From NCBI GenBank assembly GCA_904063045.1, contig CAJFCJ010000012.1, forward strand, positions 558,001-622,000: a stretch of DNA of 64,000 bases. The letters are read 5' to 3'. This DNA comes from Dimorphilus gyrociliatus (Eukaryota > Animalia > Annelida). The position numbers and the translations under genes are program-made. This document shows, piece after piece, positions 41,001 through 53,541 of this stretch. Within the stretch, counting starts at the first letter, position 1; every line of letters begins with the position of its first letter. The notes below the pieces were generated by a model, which worked only from the letters and a program-made list of their open reading frames with translations, was not told where the DNA came from and made no database searches.

Positions 41001-44000
41001 TATCAACATATATATATGTATATATATATATATACAAGTGATACGATAATAATTATTTTATATCTAACATCTTCTTTATAACAGAATGATGACCTATAAA
41101 TAATAACGAAAAAATTTTAGATATCTTTTCTATAGCAGATATTTTGAAAGGGAAGAAATAACAATCTTGACCAATGAGCACTAAAGCTAATGCCATGTTT
41201 ATAGATGCAAAAACATGTCTATAAGCCAAAAATTTTCGAGTAGTAGATTGGTTCCCAGTTAGTTTTATTTGAAAGTGAGATTTTTCTGTCAGAAGTCGTG
41301 GTTATGTCAAGAATACAAGACTATTCAACAATTTCTAGTCATTCTATACAAGATTTACACGTAATTATTTCGTATATTTTCTACATTTAGTATTTATTTT
41401 ATAACTATGAATCTATATTCTATAAAGGAATATTTATTTATCCATTTGCCTAAAAAGACTTATATTACTTAATATAGACAAAAATTATTATTATTATTAT
41501 CTTTCTATTATTATGTGTATCTATAGAAATTTATAGCATTCCTTATTTGGTGTTATTAACAGAAAACTAGTTAGAGAATACGTTGGAGAGTTTATTAACT
41601 ATTCCATTAATATAGATGTTAATTAATAGCCAGTATCGGTATTAGTCTCTAAATTATTAAACCTTTTAATAAGAGCAAATATCTATTGATACAAACGAAA
41701 GAAAAAGACATATCTTTGAACAGATAATAAGATATTAGATATTCTCTCAATAGGTGATCCTTACCTTTTTCCCTTCCTTTTTCCTATATTCCTTTATATG
41801 TCAGATTATATTAATAATTGTTTACGTATTGTTCTATTGAAAACGAAAAGTAAACAATTACCCTTAATACTTAGGCCATTTGCTCTCTTATATAAATTTT
41901 TTTGTAGTCATCAGCTCGTATTGTATAATTTATTGAAAAGTAAATTATATGAAGTACTTTTTGGTCAGTAAATAAATTGAATTTTTTTACAGAAATAAGA
42001 CCCCCGTTTTTTCATTCTCTTTACGTTCTATAATCAATCAATCTATTGAGGTAATTTTTTATCCGCTATGGGAAAAATATGAAATATTACCTTAGAGTTT
42101 TGCTAGAGTAATTTATTTGCTAAAGGAATTAAGCTCCTAGGTGGGATTTATGGTTATCTTATCGGGTTTCTGCCCTAAATAATTGAAACACGGCCTTGAG
42201 TGTAGGAATAAAATAGTTTTAATGTTAGAAATGACAAAAAAACTTCTTTCAGGATTATTTAAATTAATAAAAATATATCGAGTAGAAAATTTTATCAGCT
42301 ATTGGAATTTGCATCAGTAACATAACGTTTATATGATTGCTTAAATTAGCATAAAAGCCATAATATAATAAAGCAAGGAATCTTTGCCTTTTAACTATAA
42401 ACCTTTCTGATCAAAATTTTTTATTAATTATATAATCAATAATAATATAAGACCGAATATGTCGATTGTAATCTTAATCGTTCTATATATAAATAACTTA
42501 TAAATCATATCAAGTTTCCTTTTTACCATAAAGTGCGAATTGCTTATGTACATATACAGCATATGAAAGATTAAAGAGAGAAAAATAATTGTTGTAGGAG
42601 GAAAAACAGCAAAATGTTAAGTATTAAAGGGAGAATGAGAAGGCAACGGAAGAAAGAAAGCTAGCCTTAGTGTCTATTTATTTAATATTTATAAATGCAT
42701 GTGAGTGAGTGAAAGAGTGGAAGAGTGTGTATGGGTGTGTTTGTATGTTTAAGAGAAAAAAATAAAGCTTGTAATAGAGGAAGAAATAGAAGAAGAAATA
42801 TGTGCGAAAGAGAAGGAAAGTGGGAGAGTATTTGTGTATGTGGAAAAAGAGAAAGACAGATAAACACTAGTAAGTTATTGCCAATATATTTTGTTCAGCT
42901 TACTCAACTGGAAAAAATATTCGTTACAAGTTCTCTTTTCGGTTTGATGTATAAGATAGAAAATTTTCCGTAGATATTACGATTACGAGGAATAGATAAA
43001 GAAAAAGTACGGAAGAAAACAGAGAAAGTAATCAGCATAATGATATTTAATCAATTTTTCCTGTCTCTCTCTCTCTCTCTCTGTCTCTCTCATACAAATA
43101 TTCTCTCCTTTATTTCTTTCCTACATATAATTTATATTTTTATTCATACATTTTCAATATCATATTTGTTTTATTTATAATTCAAATTAATGATTTTTTT
43201 ACCACAATTTCTTTAGCTCTCTTTGATTCTCTGCTTACTTAATAAGAATTATAGTCTATTGCATAGAAAGAAATTATATAAATAATAGTCATTGGGAAGG
43301 GACATTGACCTCTTTGCTCTGTAAGCTTATCAGTTCCACATATACCTCTTAGATTCGATTGATTTTTTTAAACTGTACTCTGTCGCGGTTAATGCAGAAT
43401 GAAAATGGAATCCTGTCACGATTTACTTAATTTTATTCATTTTAAAAATATGATTGTACTTTAATAATATTAGTTAAAAACAAAACTATAAAAATGATAT
43501 AGAATGAGGAGAGAAACGGCAAATTTCTACCAAAGATTATTTTTCTAAAGTACAAAAAATATACAGGCGCTAGAGGGAGAATATAGATGAAAAATGGGGC
43601 ACGCCAGAAAATTGTAGGAAAGGGGAGAATGATGAGTATAAAGGGACGGAGATAAGACACTTAATAAAGTGTGCTTAAGAAAATTATTTTTAAAATGAGA
43701 TATTAGACTTTATAACATCGAGTTGGCATCTTTCCTTAAACATTATTCATTATAATTCTTTCATCTTATCCCTACATTTGCATATAATATACTTTATACA
43801 GATAAGATAATTTACATTATGTGTGATCTATCCCTCTGAAAATAATCAAAAATAAACAAAAAATAAAGAAGATGGACAGTTTGACATTAAAGAAAAAAGT
43901 AAAAAGAAAAAAATAACAACACAATTTTACACTAAATAGTAGTATAGAACCTATTTTTTATGATGGTCGTCGGCATGGGATTTACAATTGATAAACGGAT

Positions 44001-44501
44001 CACAATCAGACACTATTCATTTTTTCCACCCCCTCCCCCCCTCCCCACCCCTTCTTTAATAATTGCAAACTTTTTCAAGAGTAAAAGTAACCTTTTTTTT
44101 CTTTTTAGATTAGTTTTATGTCTAGAAATAGAGAAAGAAGAAAAATAACAACACAAAAATTCAATTGTCAAATTACAGTATATATAGCCTTTAAGAGAAT
44201 TCCTTTTTTTTATTTGCCTGTTTTAAGGTTAATGTATATCTATTTTTTTGTTTATTATTGCGACTTTATACGTTTATTTATATCCTTTTTCCTCTTTTTC
44301 TTTTTCTTCTTCCTCTTCTCTTTTTATAGATAGTTTGTTCCCCTTTTTTTATTATAAATTCCAAGTAGGTAAACAATTTAGCAAAAGCAAAATTATAGAT
44401 TTCGACATATATACAGTAGTTTCTTTAAAGGAAACACGCACGGACCGTCACTTCTGTTTTTTTTTTAAGGCGTTGACTTATTCGATTTTTTTTTCTTTTA
44501 G

Positions 44502-45069
44502 GTTTTTTACGCGGAAGTCGGAAAATACGACAGTCTACCGACAAATGACCGAACAACAAAGTATTGTGTCCACCATGTTTGCTCACCAATATGCGATCAT
44601 CACAGGCATTGCAAACCTGTAAGTTTATTCGTCCTTTTCTATTTCATCCTCAATTTTTAATATTGTATACGTCGGCTAATAAAAAAAAAAACCGACCGAT
44701 AGATGGCGATACGTCTAGAATCTGTTAATTTATTTCTTTAATTATGATAATAATAATAATTGGTACTTTACAAAGAAAAACTTGAAAGTTAAAGAGAAAT
44801 TTATTTAAAAATAAATACAGTGTCTTCACTTCACGCCCCACAGAAGTGATAAATTTATAATAGACGAAAATGGAGCTCTAAGACCAAAGCCTCCAACGTG
44901 TTTAGGAAAAATGAAGAATTTTACTGGTTTCATTTTCGTTTTTATCTTTGTTATGGCAATTGTTTTATTATTAACTATGCAAAGTTCAGATATTCCTATA
45001 TTCTCTCCTATAATTAATCAAACAAACTCAACGGAAGGTTCATTTTCTAATGAGACTTTAGTGAATTAA
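44502..45069 (+). CDS. Uncharacterised single-pass membrane protein with a His/Cys cluster. Exons 44502-44618 and 44821-45069; candidate first exon 41304-41360
   Basis: A phase-0 junction (CCT|gtaagt..tacag|TGT) gives YCVHHVCSPICDHHRHCKPCLH...FTGFIFVFIFVMAIVLLLTM...NQT NST NET*. The first exon (MSRIQDYSTISSHSIQDLH|gtaatt) is speculative. Confidence 0.7.
44696..44710 (+). promoter_or_regulatory. Representative AGATGGCG (CTCF/YY1-like) site; eight exact copies in the window
   Basis: ccgatAGATGGCGat. Other copies at 23948, 26610, 29207(-), 31835(-), 36796, 61401(-) and 62265. Confidence 0.5.
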
Positions 45070-45810
45070 GAAGAGAATTTAAAGAAAATAGATAACAAAA
45101 TAATTTAAGAGATAAATAAATATAAATGAAAATAAAAGAGAGATTATAATGAATGATTTTATAAGAAGACAGTTATTGGTTTAACTTTTGAAAATAAATG
45201 CCAAACTTTTACCGATTGTTCCTAATCTGCAGTCTAATGTACAGTATCCTCTTCATGATTATAAAAGCTCTATACCGATATACTTGTATATACTTGTATA
45301 ATATTATATGTTACAGTTGTTTTTTCTTCAATTGTATATATATATATATATATATATTTACTTATTTATTATGAAATACATGTATTTGTTGAAAATGTGT
45401 ACATAACGTTAATAAACTCATCAAATTCGTACCTGTTAAAATATATTATATATATATATATATATATATACAATACATGCATCCATAAAATCTTGATAAA
45501 ATCAATATTTTTACATAAACATAGACTTTGTCTATATTTTCAGATAGATCCATTAACTTTTAGGTATATTTTTAATAACTTTAATTGAATTGCAAGTTTT
45601 ACAATAAAACAGTAAAGATTAAAGGGAATATAAATAAATGACCCATTTTAAAATTAATACATCACTCTATATATTTCTGGTCTAATGATTTGTTCTACTT
45701 TGCTAAAGTAACGATTTTTATTAAGTTTCTATGAAATGACGTCAATAAACGTTTAAAAAAACTGATTTTTTTTATTATCTTAAGTATAAAGTAGACACCA
45801 AAATAAGCAA

Positions 45811-47335
45811 ATGAAAAAATATGTCAAGAGTAAATTAAATTCTACAGAAAAAATGGAAGAATCGAATAAAGGGAATAGAAAAGGGAATTCCTTAAGTAGA
45901 ATGTCAAGTAACCGTCAAAGAATTTGGTCAAAAGATGGAATTTTTATGCAAAGGTCAATAAGGAAATCTATGGAAAATTTGAAAAAAGGCAAATTATATT
46001 CATCTTGTTTAAGGAATTCTAAGAATATTTCAACAAATTTAAATTATGCAGACGAAATCCACAAAACTAAAGTAACTGCTGCAGGCTTTAAGCGATCTGG
46101 CCAAGGTTTATCTCTTGGGGAATCGATTAAAATATCCAATACGGAGAATAATCTTAGAAAAATCGTAACTAATTTCCTACTTGCCGAATCCTTGTCGAAT
46201 AGGAAAGATCTACTCGTCAAAGGGAATAAAGATGATACTTTAGCGACTCAAATAGTCCGCTTTGTAATTATAGACGCCCTTGCTAGAATAATGGGAAAAG
46301 ATTTGGATAGAGAATTTGGTCATGTAGCTGATACTTTTGCTAATCGTTTTGTTATTGACGTTTTAAATGACAAAGTTAGATTTAAGGGAAATAATAAGGA
46401 AAAAGCAATCAATATCGCAGCTATTACTATTGAAAATGTAATAAATACTTATTCAATTTATAGTGAATTATATCAGCAAGCTGTAAATAATTATCCGGAT
46501 TTTGACTTGAGAAGCACAGCATATGAAATTATGCATTGTATTATTGATTTTGAAACTCCAGATTATTCTTATTATGATAGTAATAATCAAAATAAACCAA
46601 CTAGTTAGTTGTTCTATTATTATTCAACAATTATTCATGCATAATTAATAACATTTCTAAAAATTATTCCATATCTTCCTAGATAAACCTTCTACTACCT
46701 ACGATATTTGTACTATTAATAATGAACTAACAAACATGAATATTAATATCAATGAAAATGATAATTTTAACAGCTACAACAAGAAAGATAACGAATTTGA
46801 AAGTATTAAAAAGTCTTTATTCAATACAAACAGCGATTCGATACTTTCTCAACTCAAAGAATATCAACTTTACGAACAAACAAACGATTCTTTTTCGTCA
46901 ATTTGTAGAAATTTTAATAAAAACTGCAATGAAATGGATAAATCCACTAGACAGAGTGCGAATGTCAATAATAGTAAGGTAAAGATTAAGAAACAATCTG
47001 CCTCTGGCGAATCTATAAAAGTGAAAACTACTGATAGTACTGTTAATGCAGAAGCTAATCAATCTACGCTAGAGAAACAATCAAAGGATGAGATAATAAA
47101 AAGGAAAAAAGATAAGGAAGAGCTTAAAATAGTTAATGAAACAGAAGAAAATCAAGTTGAGATTCAAACGATTGAGTTTAACGAAGAGGAAAATGAACGT
47201 GATCATTGTATTCCTTGCAGAATAAAGGGGAAAATTCGTGAAGTGAACTCAAGCGATCACTTATTGGATGATGATTGCGATGATATTTTCGACTATATAT
47301 TATGCAATAAGTCTTCTACTGATAACAAGGAATAA
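45811..47335 (+). CDS. Uncharacterised protein of about 481 aa with repeated amphipathic helices (AKAP-like). Exons 45811-46603 and 46683-47335
   Basis: Two long ORFs are joined in frame by a 79-nt phase-1 intron (A|gttagt...ttcctag|AT). Confidence 0.75.
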
Positions 47336-47852
47336 TATTATTTGCGTTTTGTTTGCCTTTGTCCTTTATAGGTTTCTCCTAAAACTAGACCTATTAATTT
47401 TATCAAGACAACAAAACTCACCAACTTTTTCCCATTCTCTCTCTAACTTTTACCGATATGTATTCGAGTTTAATAGTAGTCTTTTGTTAGGACAGTCTTA
47501 CTTAATTTATTTAGGAAAAGAGATCTAATTTCCTCTTAATCTAGTTTTCTTTATAATTACTTTTACTTAGATTATGGTACTTTATTAAATGCAGCTATTT
47601 TCTAGGATGGTTCCTCCTTTCTCTATTTCTCCACTTCATTTTATCAATTACTATATACTATATATATATATATATATATATATAGGCTGTCATTCATTTT
47701 TTATTCTCTATTTATCTATAAGCAGAATTGTATATGATTTTAGAATTGTTTACTATGATTAAGTAGAAATTAAAGATATATCTGAAAACTATAAAACTGA
47801 TAAGAAAAGTTCATTATAAAAATAAGAGAACGCCTACTAATTTCAAAACAGT

Positions 47853-49452
47853 ATGAGTAAGTTTTATTTATAAATCTAAGTCTTTTTTTCATTTTTCCCC
47901 CATTAATTAACCTTTGGAAATTCGTTTCCTCTCTACGCTTTTTCCATAGGTAATAATGCGGAAATATTCACAACTTCTAATAATACCCAAACATCTGAAC
48001 TGGATTCCTATCCAACAACAAAGTGTGCCTGTCACACTATGGAATCAATACATGATAATCGAGGTGCAAGAAATCAATTAATCATTGTGGCTATTTTATG
48101 CGCAATTTTTATGATCGGCGAAATAGTTGGTAAATATTATTTTCATATTAAAATAAATATGTTTTTGCATTATAAATAAAGAAATATGCAAATTCTTTAA
48201 TAAATTCTTTATACAGTAAAATATTTTGCAGTTTTCATTTCGGATTAAAAATAAAAGGGCCTAAAAAATGTATTTCTCTCCTTTAGCTTTTCTTTTAACT
48301 CTGCTCTTTGTTTTGTAAAATTTATTCAGGTGGAATAATTGCAAGTAGTTTAGCATTACTCTCCGATGCCCTTCACCTCGGTAGCGATCTTGCTGGATTT
48401 ATTATAAGTCTAGTTGCATTGTGGTTGGCTAAGAAACCGGCAAATTCGAGAATGACCTTTGGCTATTATAGAGCTGGTTAATATTTTTTTTATTACTATT
48501 TAAACTATAATAGTAAGTGACCAGGTTTTTGTTTACTTTCTTTTAGAAGTCGTGGGTGCTTTAATAAGCGTTATAATAATTTGGTTAGTTACTGCTATTT
48601 TGGTCTATGCTGCAGTGCTAAGAATAAAAGATCAAAACTATGAAATAAAACCATTAATAATGCTGATAACAGCATCAGCTGGAGTTGCCTTTAATATTAC
48701 GTTTGTATTTATGAAAACATTACTGGTATACAATAGAAGATTATCATTGATTTCTATTTAGGTTAGGTATCATTTTACACTGTAGTAAATGTCACTGTAA
48801 CGTTGCTCATGGTCATTCGCATGGAGCTGATAGAACATTTATAATTGACAACGACGCCCTAGCTCAACAGGATAGCGAAAACAGCAACAACACTTTTAAC
48901 GATACAAATACACAAAACGATAATATCAATGTTAAAGCCGCTCTTATCCATGTCATTGGAGATTTGATTCAGAGTTGTGGAGTTGTAATCGCTTCTGTTA
49001 TCATCTTAATAAAAGTACAGTATATACATTTACTAATTCGTTACGGATAATGCATTCTTATAAATACTTTATAGCCACAATATAAAATTGCCGATCCCAT
49101 CTGTACATTTCTGTTCAGTGTACTAGTGCTTATCTCTACAATTAGAATACTTAGAGAAATTGGATTTGTCATTATGGAAGGTTCGCCAAATGAAAGTCAG
49201 TTACATAGATTAGAGAGTGATCTCAAGTCCAACTCATTAATATTGTCCATACACGATTTGCATGTTTGGTCTTTAACGACAAACAGACTGGTTGCATCAG
49301 TGCATATCGTTGTGAATAATAGACAAGTTGAGACAAAAGAAATCGAGAACTTTGCTACAGAATTGTTGAAGCGAAAATATGGTGTAAGTAAAACAACGGT
49401 ACAAGTTGAAACTTATGAAAACTGCGATACTTGTTACGTTTATGATAATTAA
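47853..49452 (+). CDS. SLC30A2: Cation diffusion facilitator zinc transporter (ZnT2/3/8-like), 371 aa. Exons 47853-47856, 47950-48129, 48330-48476, 48547-48700, 48762-49014, 49075-49452
   Basis: SDALHLGSD (TM2 HxxxD), MTFGYYRAEVVGA, a His-rich loop HGHSHG, NVKAALIHVIGD (TM5), ADPICTFLFS and IHDLHVWSLT. Paralogue assignment is approximate. Confidence 0.96.
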
Positions 49453-49753
49453 TTAAGATTAATTTATACAATGTATACACTATATGTTCAATATATTTCA
49501 AAAAAAGACTTTTTATCTCTCTTAAATAAAATTAATTAGTGACCTTCACCTATATCTGTCAATTCATTATAAAATAATATAGATAAATTTTAAGACGCAA
49601 GTTAATTAATGACAAAAAGTAGGCTCTTCCCTTTTTGCCTTGTAACATAAGATTAACATATGCTTTTTCTCATATAGAAATATATATATGTTATAAAAGA
49701 ATAAATAGTTTTTTTCATCTTAATGACTTTCTAATAGCTAGAAAGTTAAAATA

Positions 49754-52700
49754 ATGTTGTCTCTATTTGGCATCCTTTTGGCTTTATTTCCATTATGCTC
49801 CACTCAGAATTTCTTGATAGGGGCTGGTATTTCAGACATGACAGGTCTTCTAAGTGAAGGCATCATGGTAAGCAAAAATAATTTCACTTTTATCTTTTAT
49901 TTCTTTATGATAAATTCCATCTTTAGTTCGGTTATGCTAAACAAGATCAAGAAGCCAGAGGCTTACATCTTAGACAATTTAGGTAAAAAGAAAAATAACA
50001 TAATTTCTATTAGTTTCGTAATTCGCCTCTTTTTTTCTATTATTACCAATATTTTTTTTTCATTATAGCCGAGCTTACGTTGTAGCTGATCGGAACGGAA
50101 ATTCTAGATTTGCACTCCTTTCAATCGAAGTTGCAACATCATCTGACGCTATAAGAGATAGCGTTAGTTTGTGTTTTTATATAATTCTATATAAATATAC
50201 AAGAAATATGAAAGAAGGAGCATAATATTTATTTAATTCTCATTTTTTAAGGTTGTTGAAAAACTAAGAGAAACATATGGCGATTTATATACGCATACAA
50301 ATGTTATGATCACTGCTCAGCATACTCATAGCGCACCTGCTGGATATCATACTTATTGGATGTTTCAAACGGCGGCAGGTGGCGGTTTTGTCAATGCTAC
50401 TTTCCAAGTATACGTTGATGCAATTGTTGATGTAAATTCATTTTTCCTTATCAATATTAACAAGCTTTCTTTAAATTTTCTCATCTATATATTACATACA
50501 TCTATATATACACCAGAGTATCAAAAAAGCTCATAATAACCTTAAACCTGGAAATGTCTTATTTAACGAGGGAGACCTTCTTAACGCCAACATAAATAGA
50601 AGTCCAGCAGCTTATTATAACAATCCTAAAGAAGAGCGGGATAAATACGAATATGACGTTGAAAAGCGTATGAGTTTGTTAAAATTTGTTGCGGAAGATG
50701 GCTCCTCCATCGGCTCTTTTAGGTCTTATTCTTTTAGTATCTCCTATTGAACTAACTGAATCTAAAATTTTTAATTTAAACAGTTTCTTTCCCGTTCATA
50801 CAACCAGCATGTTTAATAGCAATCACTTAGTCAGCTCAGATAACAAAGGGGTAGCCGCTCTCCTCATGGAGAAAGATTTGAATAATAATGCCTTCCCTGG
50901 TCAAGGATCAATTGTCACTTCTTTCGCTCAAAGCTGTCAAGGTGACGCTTCACCCAATGTTAATGGGTTTTATTGCGATACGGGAGAACCTTGTGATTAT
51001 TGGAGTGGAGCTTGCGATGACGACGTAAAAGCTATCTTATTTTTATAGAAAAACAACAAAACTAGTTACTTTTTATGAATTTTAGGTTCGTAGATGTCAA
51101 GCTAGAGGACCAGGAAGTAATATGTATGAAAATACTGTAATTATTGGTGAAAGGCAGTATAGAAAAGCAAAAGAGTTGTTTGAATCGTCTACTGAAGTTT
51201 TACAATCCGATATTGGCTCTGTTCATCAATGGGTTAATTTTACTGGCATTGAAGTAGAAAGTAACGGACAAACGGTAATTTTATTGAAAAAATCTATACC
51301 TTTTGAAAAATAGCCGATAACACCGACTTTTTCTTTTACTCTGTTAGTATAAAACTTGTGCTCCAGCAATGGGTTACAGTTTTGCCGCAGGTGCCGTTGA
51401 TGGCCCAGCTCTTGGACCACCTTTCGTTCAAGGTATTTTAAAAAGAAGAAAAATAACATTTTAATTTGATAATAATTATCTTATCATTTTCCATGGCTAT
51501 TTAAGGACTAAATGAAAGTGATCCAGTTATTGATACTATTCGTGATCTGATTTTGCCTGCATCTGAAGAATTGTTAGCTTGTCATGAACCAAAACCAATC
51601 TTAATTTCATCTGGAGAAGTAACTTGAAAAAATTTTCATTATATTCATTATTTCTACTACAAGATTTTATCTATAGGCTGATGATGAATGGCCATGGCAA
51701 CCGGAAGTATTACCTTTGCAAGTGTTTAGACTAGGCAGACTAATTATACTTGGCATTCCAGCAGAAGTAACGTAAGATATTTAGTCTAAAAAATATAAAA
51801 AGTTATCTTTTCACTAAATATTATCTTTGTGCCATCAAACAATATTTTTTTTTTACTTTTAAATATAGAACAATGTCATCTAGAAGATTTGTTGCTGCAT
51901 CTGAACAGGTGTTCTTGTTTACATGTATAGAAGATTATTTATATTCTTATACTAAGAATGTTTACAGGTTATGAGAGAAAATGGTATTGATAACCCGAAA
52001 GTTATCGTTGCTGGCGTTACAAATATGTATATTAATTATATCGTCACACCTGAAGAATACGAGGTTAATAAGTTTTTTAAGTATTAATAATCAATGTACG
52101 ATTTATTGTCATATTTTTAATGGTATTGTTACAGATACAAAGATACGAGGGAGCGTCTACTGTTTTTGGACAATATACTCTTAATGCCTATATAGAAAAG
52201 TTGAAACCTATGATCCAGTCCCTTATTCGCGTAATATAGCAAATTTCCAAAAGATATTTTTAGAATCTATTTTAAGATTTCTAATTAAATCTAATTTAAT
52301 TTTATGTAGGGTGAGGCCGTTGAGCCTGGAACACCTCCTCCAGATTTGAGAGATAAACCTGAAGAAATTTTAGAACCCATTAGAACTGATCTCACCCCGA
52401 ATGGATTTGACTTTGGAGATGTTTTGAATAATACAAACGAAGCTTATAAACAAAATGAAACTGTTACAGTTGTATTTGTATGCGGAAATCCAAGAAATAA
52501 TTTAATGGTATTATAAATTTAGCGCTATATTTCTTTCATTAGATTTTATGATTAATAATTCTTCCCTTTTCTTTTTCAGACTGGAAATACTTTCCTAACT
52601 GTTGAAAAAGAAAATGGTGGTTCATGGACAACTGTTTTTACAGATGCTCATATCGAAACAAGATACTATTGGGAATCAAACTGCGAAGATGACGAAGGAG

Positions 52701-52876
52701 AAGATCCTTCGTGCGAAACGGAACAATCTTCAAAAGCAAGAATAACATGGGATATACCAATAAATCAAGATGCTGGAACTTATAGAATATCTCACTTTGG
52801 TCACGCAAGACTAGCCGATGGTACAGTTAAGCAATACGAAGGGAGAAGTGGAAACTTTGAAGTTCGTCCATTATAA
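49754..52876 (+). CDS. ASAH2: Neutral ceramidase, 699 aa, 15 exons (49754-49867, 49927-49982, 50069-50162, 50252-50431, 50517-50722, 50784-51024, 51086-51274, 51348-51432, 51506-51618, 51677-51771, 51869-51908, 51968-52063, 52135-52230, 52310-52507, 52580-52876)
   Basis: Signal peptide, then HTHSAP, NINRSP, VHTTSM, GDASPN, GYSFAAG, IPAEVT and YIVTPEEYEIQRYEGAST, plus a C-terminal Ig-like domain. Zn-binding and catalytic motifs are retained and all phases match. Confidence 0.97.
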
Positions 52877-53541
52877 AGTAACACTCCTAACACAGTTAGT
52901 GCTGATTGAAGCGCAATTTTACATAATAAAGTCATTTTATGATACATACTAATAATTAAGTATATCATATTTATATAATTCTAAGAAAAATACAATATTT
53001 TGCCAAATCTATATACTTGAATAGTAATTTATTTAGATTAAATAGAGAAGAAGATTTCCCTTGGTAACCAATAGTTATAATATACGATATACTGTATATT
53101 ATATCAAGCAATAAAGATATATTGTCATATGTCCTTTAACCGAGAAATATATTGTATTTACGAAGTTCATACAAAGTGACAGCTAGAATTAGAAAAAAAT
53201 GTGAATAAAATAAGAGCATAGCACAGTTGTTAGAAATACATTATAATATAATAAAAGATATATTTAAGCCTAAAAGAAATAAACTCTAAGTGCCCCATGT
53301 TAGCTTTCTAAAGAAGTTATTGTAAGAAAATTTAATATATGATCAGTGTACTTTCTCTTTTCAAAATTATTACGTAATAAGCTTTGTTTTTTTTTAAACT
53401 TTTTTCTTTTTTGGATTTTTTTTTTAAATATTCAATTAAAGATTTTCCTTATTGATTATTAAGATTTCTATATTATCCCTTTTTTTGTGATTCATTACGA
53501 AATGTATGAAAATCAATCAAAAGTATTCCTAAATGGTTCTT

